Assembly (NCBI GenBank): GCA_022823865.1
Contig: JAJEHF010000002.1
Location: forward strand, 34,731 to 98,730
Source: Bryobacterales bacterium
GTDB lineage: Bacteria > Acidobacteriota > Terriglobia > Bryobacterales > UBA6623
Length of the DNA: 64,000 nucleotides
Reading direction: 5' to 3'
The position numbers and the translations under genes were made by a program. Positions 1 through 9,663 of this stretch are shown here, in pieces (position 1 is the first letter of the stretch; each line of letters opens with the position of its first letter). The notes under the pieces were generated by a model that worked only from the letters and a program-made list of their open reading frames with translations, searched no databases and was not told the origin of the DNA.

Positions 1-372
1 ACCTTGGAGTATCCGAACGAGGGCTTTCTTGTCCGCTATTGCTCAACGTTCGGCGTCCGCGGGCACAGCTACCTGAAGTTCTTCGGATCTCGCGGCGAAA
101 TGGACGCCACGCGCTGGGGAGATCCGTTCCTTATCACCGGCAAGACCGTGGAAGACGATGACCGGATTCGGGAGGGCGAGACGATCGGAAACGCAGAGAG
201 CGTGCCGCACATGCTCAACTTCCTCGAGTGCGTCCGCACAAGGGAGACCCCGAACGCTCCAATCGAGGCCGGATACAGCCACTCGATCGCAGCGATCCTC
301 GCCGACGAGAGCTTCGTTCGAGGCAGCCGAGTGGTATACGACGCGGCCAAGAGAAGGATCCGCGAAGGCTGA
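1..372 (+). CDS. Gfo/Idh/MocA-family oxidoreductase, C-terminal fragment (5' end outside window)
   Basis: Open frame runs from the window edge to the stop at 370-372. The tail ...HMLNFLECVRTRETPNAPIEAGYSHSIAAILADESFVRG resembles the C-terminal dimerisation region of this family. Confidence 0.5.
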   Translation, partial: TLEYPNEGFLVRYCSTFGVRGHSYLKFFGSRGEMDATRWGDPFLITGKTVEDDDRIREGETIGNAESVPHMLNFLECVRTRETPNAPIEAGYSHSIAAILADESFVRGSRVVYDAAKRRIREG

Positions 373-443
373 TCGCTGCCGACCCGCCCGAGGATCGCGA
401 TTCGAACCGAGCGCAGTGGGCGGCCCGCAGCTCCACGAAGACA

Positions 444-2732
444 ATGACATCCGGGAAGGCAGTCGTCCGCGTCCTCGCAGCGGCGCTTGCAAGCAGTTTC
501 GGTGCCGCTGCACAGACGGTGCTGCCTTCCACCAGGCCACTCGAGACCTCGCAGGATCTCGCGGCCGAGATGGTCGAGGGCATTCATCGCTTTCTCGACA
601 GGGCCACGCGGTCGGCCGCTTCGGACCGAGATCGAAAATGGAGCCCGGATTTCAGCGCCGCGGACGCATATTGGCGTTCAGTTGAGGCGAACCGCAAGCG
701 CCTCGCGACAATTCTCGGCGTCGTCGACGCCCGCCTGCCGCTCAACGCCTTCGAGTTGGCCTCGACCATGGACCGGCCTGCTCGGATTGCCGTCGGCCAG
801 GGGTTCGAAGTGCTGGCGGTTCGCTGGCAAGCCCTGCCTGGAGTGTTCGGAGAGGGGCTGCTACTCCAGCCGGACTCGCCGCCCAGAGCCCGGATCGTGG
901 CGATTCCAGACGCATCGTGGTCGCCCGAGACGCTCGTTGGAATCCAAGGGGGCATTTCGAGCCAAGCCCAGTTCGCCCGGAGACTGGCAGAAAACGGCTG
1001 CCAAGTACTCGTTCCCACGTTGATCGATCGGACGGCCAGATGGACCGGCCTGCGCGGCGTCCGCGAGTCCAACCTGCCGCACCGCGAGTTCCTGTTCCGC
1101 ATGAGCTACGAGCTTGGCCGCCACCTTATCGGCTACGAGATACAGAAAGTCCTCGGCGCCATCGACCTGTTTGAATCCCGCAACCGCGAACACGAGGCTC
1201 CGATCGGAATGATCGGCTACGGGGAGGGCGGCCTGCTGGCGCTCTACGCGGCAGCTCTTGACAGGCGCATCACCTCGGCCGTCGTTAGCGGCTACTTCCA
1301 AGAACGCGAGGGCGTCTGGCAGGAAACGATCGACCGCAACGTGTGGAGCCTGCTGACGGAATTTGGCGACGCCGAGGTCGCCGGCCTCATCGCTCCCCGG
1401 AGATTGACGATAGAGGCCTCGCAAGGGCCGGATGTCCCGGGCCCACCGCCCGCTCCCGCTCCCAATGCGGACCGCGCGGCATCGGGCCGGCTCGTCTCGC
1501 CTCCGGTCGAATCGGTGCGCCGAGAGTTCGATCGAGCGCGGCGAATCTACGAGCAGCTCGGCGCGGACAACTGCTTCCTCGTGGAAGAGTCACCCGCTCC
1601 AGGTTCGGAGACATCGCTGCAGTTCCTGATCGATGCCCAGGACCTGCACCCCGATGTCGGGCACCTCCAGATCGTGTCGCCAGCGCCAGACCAAGAAGCG
1701 CGCATGCGGCGCCAGTTCGACCAAATCGTCGACTACAACCATCGGCTAGTCCGGGATTCGCCGCAGCGCCGCAGTGGATTCTGGGCCAAGGCCGATGCGT
1801 CGTCGGTCCGCTCGTGGGAGGATTCGACTCAGTTCTACCGCGACTACATCTGGGACGAGGTGATCGGGCGCCTGCCGGCACCCGACCGACCAGCCGGCCC
1901 CAAGACCCGCAGAATCTACGACCACGCCGACTTCGACGGGTATGAAGTCGTGCTCGACGTCTGGGAGGAAGTCTTCGCATACGGCGTGCTGCTCGTGCCG
2001 AAGGGACTGCGCCCGGGCGAGCGCCGACCCGTAGTAGTCGCCCAGCACGGGCTTGAAGGGCGTCCGACCGATCTCGCCGACCCGGACGTCGACCACCGCG
2101 CATATCACCGCTACGGGGCGCGCTTGGCGCAAGAAGGATTCGTGGTCTACGCCCCGCAAAACCCGTACATCGGGCGGGACCGGTTCAGGCAGATCTGGCG
2201 CAAGGCCCACCCGTTGAAGCTGTCCCTGTATTCGTTCATCGTGGGACAGCACCAGCAAACGCTGGCTTGGCTCAAGTCGCTGCCCTTCGTGGACCGGGAT
2301 CGGATCGGGTTCTACGGTCTTTCGTACGGCGGCAAGACAGCCATGCGGATCCCTCCTCTGCTCGATGACTATGCCCTGTCGATCTGTTCGGCGGACTTCA
2401 ACGAGTGGGTCTGGAAGAACACGAGCACCACCGATCGCTACAGCTACCTGTTCACGCAGGAATACGACATGCTCGAGTTCGATTTCGCCAACGTGATCAA
2501 CTACGCGGAGCTTGCCACCCTGATGGCACCGCGACCCTTCATGGTGGAGCGTGGGCACTCCGACGGCGTCGCCCCGGACGAGTGGGTCGCCTATGAATTC
2601 GCGAAGGTCCGGCGCTTCTACAACCGACTTGGGCTAGGAGACAAGACCGAGATCGAGTTCTTCGACGGCCCCCACGAGATCCACGGCAAGGGCACTTTCG
2701 ACTTTCTTCGCAAACATCTCGACTGGCCATGA
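444..2732 (+). CDS. secreted tandem alpha/beta-hydrolase-fold protein (dienelactone hydrolase / AXE1-like)
   Basis: ORF 228..2732 trimmed to ATG 444, giving the signal-like MTSGKAVVRVLAAALASSFGAAAQ. The C-terminal half has the nucleophile elbow GLSYGG plus distal D and H (ERGHSDG, GPHEIHG). The N-terminal half has a degenerate elbow, GYGEGG. Confidence 0.7.
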   Translation: MTSGKAVVRVLAAALASSFGAAAQTVLPSTRPLETSQDLAAEMVEGIHRFLDRATRSAASDRDRKWSPDFSAADAYWRSVEANRKRLATILGVVDARLPLNAFELASTMDRPARIAVGQGFEVLAVRWQALPGVFGEGLLLQPDSPPRARIVAIPDASWSPETLVGIQGGISSQAQFARRLAENGCQVLVPTLIDRTARWTGLRGVRESNLPHREFLFRMSYELGRHLIGYEIQKVLGAIDLFESRNREHEAPIGMIGYGEGGLLALYAAALDRRITSAVVSGYFQEREGVWQETIDRNVWSLLTEFGDAEVAGLIAPRRLTIEASQGPDVPGPPPAPAPNADRAASGRLVSPPVESVRREFDRARRIYEQLGADNCFLVEESPAPGSETSLQFLIDAQDLHPDVGHLQIVSPAPDQEARMRRQFDQIVDYNHRLVRDSPQRRSGFWAKADASSVRSWEDSTQFYRDYIWDEVIGRLPAPDRPAGPKTRRIYDHADFDGYEVVLDVWEEVFAYGVLLVPKGLRPGERRPVVVAQHGLEGRPTDLADPDVDHRAYHRYGARLAQEGFVVYAPQNPYIGRDRFRQIWRKAHPLKLSLYSFIVGQHQQTLAWLKSLPFVDRDRIGFYGLSYGGKTAMRIPPLLDDYALSICSADFNEWVWKNTSTTDRYSYLFTQEYDMLEFDFANVINYAELATLMAPRPFMVERGHSDGVAPDEWVAYEFAKVRRFYNRLGLGDKTEIEFFDGPHEIHGKGTFDFLRKHLDWP

Positions 2733-2919
2733 TCCGCGGACCTGCACAGCGGCGAATGCGCGCGAGAGCGCTGACCGCGCTGCGCCGGCGCTGGTGCGCG
2801 ACAGCGTGCGTGCAGCCGGCGCTCTCACAACGCTCAGGTCACCACGCCCCGCCGGCCTCCTGACGGGACCCGGCCCGAAGCCCGCCTCCTGCGAGAATGA
2901 ATCACGGCAACGGTCAAAC

Positions 2920-5058
2920 ATGCCTCGACACGCCTACCTGGGATCCCTCGCATTGATACTCTGCCTCGCCGGAGCCTCTGCGCCCAGCGCCAGCGCCGGA
3001 CCCGTCTCGGGCACCGATCTGCTTGGATCCTCCGAGAACACGAGCGACTGGCTGATGTATGGCCGCGACTACCACGCGCATCGTTACGTCGAACTCGACC
3101 AGATCACGCCGGATAACGTCGACCGGCTGCACCCGGCCTGGGTGTTCGCCACCGGCGGCGAGAATCGCGGCCTGCAAGCCACGCCGTTGATCCATGAGGG
3201 AGTGCTGTACCTCTCCGCGGACGGCTCGCGCGTGTTCGCGATCGACGCCAGAACGGGTGCCAAGAAGTGGGGTTACGATCCCGAGCTGTCTTCCGAGAGC
3301 GAGCGAGTCTACTGCTGCGGCTCGATCAATCGCGGCGTGGCCCTACTGGGCGATCTCGTTTACGTCGGAACGATGGACGCGCGCCTCGTTGCCCTCGACA
3401 AGCAGACCGGAGAAGTCGCCTGGGAGACACAGGTGATCGACTGGCGACAGGGCTACAGCATCACGGGCGCGCCCTTGGTGGTCAAGGACATGGTCCTCAC
3501 GGGTGTCGCCGGCGGCGAGTTCGGAATCCGCGGTTTCGTGAAGGCGTTCGACGCCAGCTCAGGTGAGCTGCGGTGGACGGCGTACACCATCCCGGGTCCG
3601 GGCGAGCCAGGCAACGAGACCTGGCCCGGGGACACGTGGAAGCACGGCGGGGCGCCAACTTGGACCACGGGCGTCTACGATCCGAACCTGGACCTGGTCT
3701 ACTGGAACACCGGCAACGCGGCGCCGTGGAACTGCCAGGTCCGCAAGGGCGACAATCAATGGTCGGCAGCCACGGTCGCGCTCAGGGCGGACAGCGGCGA
3801 GATCGCCTGGGGCTTCCAGTACACGCCGTGGGACTGCTGGGATTACGACGCAGTCAGCACGCCGGTGCTGGCCGACCTCGAGCTTGAGCGGCACGGGCCC
3901 GTCAAGGCCCTGTTCCATCACGACAAGAACGGATTCTTCTACGCCCTGGATCGCACCAACGGAAAGTTCCTCTATGGCGAGCCGATCGTGCCCGGCATCA
4001 CCTGGGCGCGGGGCTTGGACCCGGAGACCGGCCGACCGATCGTCAATCCAGACATGGTGGCCGAGTCGGGCGGGCCGGAGGTCGGCCCGATCATCCCCAG
4101 CCTGGAGGGCGCCATCGACTGGCAGCCGCTGTCCTACGACCCCGAACTCAAGGTCCTGTACTTCATGTCCAACCAATGGGCTATGGGCTACAAGTTCTGG
4201 GAGGAAGGCACGTTCCAGCCTCCGACGAACGGCGAGTGGTACTTGGGCGCGGACTACCAGCAATACCTGACCACCGACGAGCCCGGCAATTTCCTTGCCT
4301 TCGACGTCGTGGAACGCAAGATCCTGTGGCGCCAGACCAGCCCAGCGCCGTTCTGGGCCGGATCGGTGGCGACCTCTAGCGGCTTGGTCTTCACCGGCGA
4401 CATGCGGGGCTATTTCATGGCCCTGGACGCACGCACGGGCGACGTGCTGTGGCAATTCCAGACCGGCTCGGGAATCATCGGAAGCCCGATCACCTACGAA
4501 CTCGACGGGATCCAATACGTGGCCGTGCCGTCCGGGGGCATCGGCGGCGACATGACCTTCTATTACACCGAGCCGCGCGCGGGGAACCTTTGGGTGTTCG
4601 CGCTGGACGGCGGCGGCCCCGCGCAGGTGGCCCCCGGCACGAACCTCACCACGCTCGAGGGCGGACTGCCGTACGTGGGCGAGCCGGGCCACACGCTGGG
4701 CGGCCGCGTCCTGGCCGGCTATGGCTTCGAGCCGACCGAAGGGGGAGAACCGATCCAGACATCCGGCCCGCCGCAGCCGTGGTCAGCCGAAGCGGCGGCA
4801 GCGGCAGATCTTGGCGGATCCTTGGAATCCCCGGAGGACCTGCAGCGAGTGACCTCGGTTTTTCGAGCCCGCTGCATCGGCTGCCACAAGGTAGGCGGGG
4901 GCAGCGGGCCGAACCTGTTCCGCACCAGGCTCTCTCCGGGCGAGTTTGTCGCGCGGGTGCTTCAGGGCGGCAACGGCATGCCGACATTTCAAGACGTCTT
5001 GAGCGACCGGGACATCCTCGAGATCCACGCGCTCGTCGCCGCGCGGGACCGGCCCTGA
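2920..5058 (+). CDS. quinohaemoprotein PQQ-dependent alcohol dehydrogenase (methanol/ethanol family with C-terminal cytochrome c domain)
   Basis: ORF 2794..5058 trimmed to ATG 2920 (signal MPRHAYLGSLALILCLAGASAPSASA). It has propeller W-motifs, the vicinal disulfide VYCCGSINRG, the active-site stretch WDCWDYDAV and the C-terminal haem site CIGCH. Confidence 0.9.
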   Translation: MPRHAYLGSLALILCLAGASAPSASAGPVSGTDLLGSSENTSDWLMYGRDYHAHRYVELDQITPDNVDRLHPAWVFATGGENRGLQATPLIHEGVLYLSADGSRVFAIDARTGAKKWGYDPELSSESERVYCCGSINRGVALLGDLVYVGTMDARLVALDKQTGEVAWETQVIDWRQGYSITGAPLVVKDMVLTGVAGGEFGIRGFVKAFDASSGELRWTAYTIPGPGEPGNETWPGDTWKHGGAPTWTTGVYDPNLDLVYWNTGNAAPWNCQVRKGDNQWSAATVALRADSGEIAWGFQYTPWDCWDYDAVSTPVLADLELERHGPVKALFHHDKNGFFYALDRTNGKFLYGEPIVPGITWARGLDPETGRPIVNPDMVAESGGPEVGPIIPSLEGAIDWQPLSYDPELKVLYFMSNQWAMGYKFWEEGTFQPPTNGEWYLGADYQQYLTTDEPGNFLAFDVVERKILWRQTSPAPFWAGSVATSSGLVFTGDMRGYFMALDARTGDVLWQFQTGSGIIGSPITYELDGIQYVAVPSGGIGGDMTFYYTEPRAGNLWVFALDGGGPAQVAPGTNLTTLEGGLPYVGEPGHTLGGRVLAGYGFEPTEGGEPIQTSGPPQPWSAEAAAAADLGGSLESPEDLQRVTSVFRARCIGCHKVGGGSGPNLFRTRLSPGEFVARVLQGGNGMPTFQDVLSDRDILEIHALVAARDRP

Positions 5059-5066
5059 CCGCAGCC

Positions 5067-6212
5067 ATGTACGACGCCATCGTCATCGGCCTGGGCGGGA
5101 TGGGCAGCGCGACGCTGTACCACCTGGCGCGGAGCGGCTGCAGGGTCCTGGGCCTGGAGCAGTTTGAGATCGGCCACGCGATGGGGTCGTCCCACGGGTC
5201 GACGCGCATCATCCGGCTGGCATACTCCGAAGGCCCGGAATACGTGCCCCTGCTGCGAGCGGCGTACCGCTACTGGCGAGAACTAGAGAGCGCGGCAGAC
5301 TTGGACGAGCCGCTGCTACACGTAACGGGCGGGCTCGATATCGGACCGGAGGGCAGCTGGACCGTGGAGGGCTCGAAGAAATCATGCCTAGAGCACGGGA
5401 TCGAGTTCGAGGAGCTGGGCGGTGCGGACGTCAGCCGGGAATTCCCCGGATGCCGCCTGCCCGCGTCGATGAGGGCGATCTACCAGCCCGACGGAGGCTA
5501 TCTCATGTCGGAGGCGGCCATCCAAGCCCACATCGCTGGCGCCACTAGCGCGGGCGCACAGGTCCGCTCCGGTACGGAGGTGGCCGGCTGGAGTCGACAG
5601 GAATCCGGGTTGCGGATAGAGACGCCTACGGAAGCGTTTGAGACCAAGCGCGTAGTCGTCACAGCCGGACCTTGGATCGGAAGACTGTGCCCCGCACTGC
5701 GCCACTATTGCCAACCGGAGCGGCAGGTCATGCTATGGACGGACCCGCCAGCTCCCGACCGCTTCAAGCCCGAGCGCTTTCCGGTCTTCATCCTAGAGTC
5801 GCCGCTGGGGCGCTTCTACGGGTTCCCCGACCACCGCGGCCAGGGCTTCAAGATCGGCAAGTTCCACCACCTCAGGCAGCGCGTCGAGGATCCAAGCGGC
5901 ATGGACCGCGCTTGCCAGCCGGAAGACGAGGCTGTCTTGCGCGAGGGCATCGCGCATTACTTTCCCGGAGCGGACGGGCCGACCAGCAGAGCGGCTGCCT
6001 GTATCTTCACCAACACGCCGGACGGCCACTTCATTCTGGATCGCCTTCCGGGCTGCGAGGACGTGTTCGTCGCTGCGGGATTCTCCGGACATGGCTACAA
6101 GTTCTGCGGCGTAGTCGGCAAGATCATGGCCGACCTCTGCCAAGGCCGCTCGCCGGCATGGGACATCGACCTCTTCCGCCTCAGCCCTCGGCGGTGGGCA
6201 GGCCGCGCTTGA
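5067..6212 (+). CDS. FAD-dependent amine oxidase, SolA/MSOX (N-methyltryptophan / sarcosine oxidase) family
   Basis: ATG 5067 inside ORF 4449..6212. MYDAIVIGLGGMGSATLYHLA is a dinucleotide fold. GSSHGSTRIIRLAYSEGPEYVPL and GFSGHGYKF match MSOX/SolA hallmark stretches. Confidence 0.85.
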   Translation: MYDAIVIGLGGMGSATLYHLARSGCRVLGLEQFEIGHAMGSSHGSTRIIRLAYSEGPEYVPLLRAAYRYWRELESAADLDEPLLHVTGGLDIGPEGSWTVEGSKKSCLEHGIEFEELGGADVSREFPGCRLPASMRAIYQPDGGYLMSEAAIQAHIAGATSAGAQVRSGTEVAGWSRQESGLRIETPTEAFETKRVVVTAGPWIGRLCPALRHYCQPERQVMLWTDPPAPDRFKPERFPVFILESPLGRFYGFPDHRGQGFKIGKFHHLRQRVEDPSGMDRACQPEDEAVLREGIAHYFPGADGPTSRAAACIFTNTPDGHFILDRLPGCEDVFVAAGFSGHGYKFCGVVGKIMADLCQGRSPAWDIDLFRLSPRRWAGRA

Positions 6213-6315
6213 CACCGCGCTGCGGGGAACGGAGCGGTCCGCGGCTGCGTCGCAATGGGATCGCTCCGGCACCCACTTCGGACACGCCATTGGCTATAGT
6301 GATTGTGGGCCCGCC

Positions 6316-7767
6316 ATGACGCTCGATCCGCGGTTTCACCCGCGCCCGCGTCGCCCTGTCTCGCGCAGGGAGATGCTGCGCACGACCTCGACCGGGTTCG
6401 GGATGCTGGCCCTGGCCGGCCTGATGGCAGATCCGGCCTACGCCGGCCCCGCGCAAGAGGCCGGCCAGCAGGCGCCCCATTTCGAGCCGAAGGTCAAGAG
6501 CGTCATCTTCTGCTACATGTCCGGCGGGCTCTCGCACATCGACTCGTTCGACCCCAAGCCGCGCCTGGCCAAGGAAGCCGGCCAGCCGATGCCGTTCGAG
6601 ACGGCGCGCACGATGTTCAACCAAGACGGCAACATCATGCCGTCCCCGTGGGACTTCCACCGCTACGGCGAGTGCGGCGCCCCGGTCAGCGACCTCTTCC
6701 CGCACATCGCGACCTGCGTCGACGACATCGCCATCGTCCGCGGCATGACGGCGAAGTTCATGGAGCATGCGCAGGGCAATTTCTACTTTCACTGCGGGCA
6801 GCCGTTTACCGGCTTTCCATCCATGGGCGCTTGGGTGACCTACGGACTGGGCAGCGAGTCGAAGGATCTGCCCGGCTTTGTCGTGATCGGCACCGGCGGC
6901 ATCCCGCTGGGCGGAATCAACATGTTCAGCAGCGGCTTCCTGCCCGCAGAGCACCAAGGCTCGATGCTCTATCCGGGCGCCGAAGAGCCGCTGGCGAACA
7001 TCAAGCCGACCGAGGCAGACTCGAAGCAGCGCCGGCGGCTGGACTTTATTCGCTCGCTGGACTCGCTATACCTCGACCGGACCGCCCATGACCCCGATGT
7101 GGAGGCCGCTGTCAAGAACTACGAGACCGCCTACCGCATGCAATCGGCAGTGCCGGAATTGGTCGATCTCAGCGGCGAGACCGAGGCGACCCGCAAGCTC
7201 TACGGGCTGGACTCGACTTTCCCGCCGAAGCGCGACTACGCCCTGCAGTGCCTGACCGCCCGGCGGTTGATCGAGCGCGGCGTGCGGTTTGTCGAACTGA
7301 CCATGGTGGACGGTCGCAATCGCGGCACGGGCAACTCCTCGAACCCGTGGGACCAGCACACAGACCTGATCCTGGGGCATGGCCGCAATGCGTTCGCCGT
7401 CGACCAGCCCGTGGCCGCGCTGCTCCAAGACCTCAAGGCGAGAGGGCTGCTCGACGAGACGCTGGTGATCTTTTCCGGAGAGTTCGGGCGGACGCCCTTC
7501 GTGCAGGGCACGAACGGCAGGGACCACAATCCGTTCGGCTTCAGCCTGTGGCTGGCCGGCGGCGGAATCAAGGCGGGGACGACCTACGGCGCGACCGACG
7601 AGTACGGCTACCACGCGATCGAGGGCATCCGCACCGTGCACGACCTGCACGCCACCGTGCTGCACCTGCTCGGCATCGACCACACAAAGCTCTCCTACCG
7701 GTTCGGCGGACGAGACTTCAGGCTGACCGACGTGCATGGGCACGTGATCGACGAAGTTCTCTCCTGA
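6316..7767 (+). CDS. DUF1501 domain protein (sulfatase-like fold) with Tat-type signal
   Basis: SRREMLRTTSTGFGMLALAGLMA is a twin-arginine leader. The body (FCYMSGGLSHIDSFDPKP ... GRDHNPFGFSLWLAGGG) is typical DUF1501. Confidence 0.85.
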   Translation: MTLDPRFHPRPRRPVSRREMLRTTSTGFGMLALAGLMADPAYAGPAQEAGQQAPHFEPKVKSVIFCYMSGGLSHIDSFDPKPRLAKEAGQPMPFETARTMFNQDGNIMPSPWDFHRYGECGAPVSDLFPHIATCVDDIAIVRGMTAKFMEHAQGNFYFHCGQPFTGFPSMGAWVTYGLGSESKDLPGFVVIGTGGIPLGGINMFSSGFLPAEHQGSMLYPGAEEPLANIKPTEADSKQRRRLDFIRSLDSLYLDRTAHDPDVEAAVKNYETAYRMQSAVPELVDLSGETEATRKLYGLDSTFPPKRDYALQCLTARRLIERGVRFVELTMVDGRNRGTGNSSNPWDQHTDLILGHGRNAFAVDQPVAALLQDLKARGLLDETLVIFSGEFGRTPFVQGTNGRDHNPFGFSLWLAGGGIKAGTTYGATDEYGYHAIEGIRTVHDLHATVLHLLGIDHTKLSYRFGGRDFRLTDVHGHVIDEVLS

Positions 7768-7801
7768 TCACGCCCGAGTTCGCGGTCCGTTTCGCGCCCG
7801 C

Positions 7802-7818
7802 GCCCGAGCGGCTCGGGC
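7802..7818. terminator. GC-rich hairpin in the convergent gap between the DUF1501 gene and amt (possible bidirectional terminator)
   Basis: GCCCGAG-cgg-CTCGGGC is a perfect 7-bp stem. There is no U-tract, so the call is weak. Confidence 0.25.
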
Positions 7819-7909
7819 CGAAGTCGCACCAGCCGCACCCCCGGGCTTGGCCGCCGCCGGGCGGAACCGGATCGCGATCCGCCCCGCTCGGGGCCGCAGG
7901 GTGGCCCGA

Positions 7910-9307
7910 TCAGTCCTCCTCTGGCACGACGATGAATTCCGGGTAAGCCTCGATACCCAGTTCGCCCACATCCTGGCCGATGGCCTCGACGTCGTGTGCG
8001 ACCCGCAGCCCGATGGTCCGGTCGATCGCGAACCAGAGCAGCATCGAGAGCCCGAACACGAACACGCCGACGGCCAAGATGCCGACGACCTGCGCGAAGA
8101 TGCTCCCGCCGCCAACGATGCAGACTGCCAATGTCCCCCAGATGCCCGTGCAGAGATGGACGGGAACTGCGCCGACAACGTCGTCGATCTTCAGCGTTTC
8201 CAGCAGTCTCATAGACACCAGGCAAACCACGCCCCCGATGGCTCCGATCACGACCGCCCAGTGATGCTGGACGATATCCGGCGCCGCGGTGATCGCGACG
8301 AGGCCAGCCAGGGTGCCATTGAGCCCGGCGAGCAGGTCGATTCGTCCCAGCACGGGCCGCGAGAGGCTCAGAGCCGCCATTACACCGGCCGCGGCGGCTA
8401 GGTTGGTGTTGGCGAAGATGTTGCTCACCGCCACCGCGTCGACCGCGCCGCCTAGGGCCAGTTGCGATCCGCCGTTGAAGCCAAACCAGCCCAGCCACAG
8501 GATAAAGACACCCAGAGTGACGACCGGAATATTGGACGGAGGGGTCGCCTTGACACTGCCGTCAGCCCGGAACTTGCCCGAGCGAGGACCGACCATGATG
8601 GCCCCGGCCAGAGCCGCCCAGCCGCCCGTAGAGTGGACCACGGTGGAACCGGCGAAATCCTTGAACCCCAATTCAGCCAGCCAGCCCCCGGCCCAGGTCC
8701 AAGCGCCGACGATGGGGTAGACGAAAGCGGTCAGCACCGCGATGAAGAGGAAGAACGACCAAAGCTTCACGCGCTCCGCCAGAGCGCCCGAAACGATCGA
8801 GGCCGTGGTGGCCACGAAGACCATCTGGAAGAACCAGTACGACATCGCCGAATAGCCGCTCTCGACCACGGCCGCAGCGACCGACTCCTCGCCGCCCAGC
8901 AGGGCCACCTCGTCGGCGGTCGTCCCGTATAGAAATCCAAGCGAGCCGAACCAGCCGCCCGGATCGACCCCCACGTACATGATGTTGAAGCCGACGGCGA
9001 AATACCCGAGTCCGGCAATGGAGTACAGGCCGATGTTCTTCAAGCAGATCATCGACGCGTTCTTGGTGCGTACCGAACCGGCCTCGAGCATCGTAAAGCC
9101 CGCCGCCATCCACATCACCAAGGCACCCCAGACGAGGAACGCAAACGTGTTGAATACGAACTGGGCCTCGCCCTCGACTGCTGCGCGGGCCTGCGCGGGG
9201 GAGAAGGCCCAGACCAAGATCATCGCGGCGACGCCGAACTTGGTCACGGCCCGGACCGCGTCGTTCCCACAGCTCATTAGCGAACGAAAATCTTGTATGG
9301 TGATCAC
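7910..9307 (-). CDS. amt: ammonium transporter (Amt family)
   Basis: 465-aa polytopic protein with Amt motifs (AGFTMLEAGSVRTKN, VHSTGGWAALAGAIMVGPR, VHLCTGIWGTLA). The GTG start at 9307 is preceded by GGAGG 9 nt upstream. Confidence 0.93.
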   Translation of the reverse strand: MITIQDFRSLMSCGNDAVRAVTKFGVAAMILVWAFSPAQARAAVEGEAQFVFNTFAFLVWGALVMWMAAGFTMLEAGSVRTKNASMICLKNIGLYSIAGLGYFAVGFNIMYVGVDPGGWFGSLGFLYGTTADEVALLGGEESVAAAVVESGYSAMSYWFFQMVFVATTASIVSGALAERVKLWSFFLFIAVLTAFVYPIVGAWTWAGGWLAELGFKDFAGSTVVHSTGGWAALAGAIMVGPRSGKFRADGSVKATPPSNIPVVTLGVFILWLGWFGFNGGSQLALGGAVDAVAVSNIFANTNLAAAAGVMAALSLSRPVLGRIDLLAGLNGTLAGLVAITAAPDIVQHHWAVVIGAIGGVVCLVSMRLLETLKIDDVVGAVPVHLCTGIWGTLAVCIVGGGSIFAQVVGILAVGVFVFGLSMLLWFAIDRTIGLRVAHDVEAIGQDVGELGIEAYPEFIVVPEED

Positions 9308-9663
9308 TGCTTCCTACCTCCTTAATCGAATCGTGGCCGTCGCGCGACGCACGAGGATGCGCGGGCGCGGCCCTAGAGAGCATAGCGCCTCCCGCTGTCC
9401 GAGGCCATACCGGAATTGGACACTGCTGCAGCCGGGCGGTGGGCGAGACCCTGGCTGATTGAAGCGGCGTTGCGCCGATGACTGCCGGCAGTTCGCGATC
9501 GAGCATCGAAGCCGAAGGAACGCAGACAGACATCCGGGGCAGCTTCGCGGATCCCCCCTTGTCGACGGGCAGGTTCGTTATATAATTCGACTCGGGCACG
9601 CGCTCGCCATCCCGCACCAGCAGCGGAATCTCGAAATCTCTTGCGGAGCCCGTCAGCATCCCA

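Noticed and set aside
9400-9440. Candidate sigma54 -24/-12 elements upstream of amt or phoH: TGGACACTGCTGCA on the plus strand and TGGCCTCGGACAGC on the minus strand.
   Set aside because: The GG-to-GC spacing is off by one to two nt in both cases.
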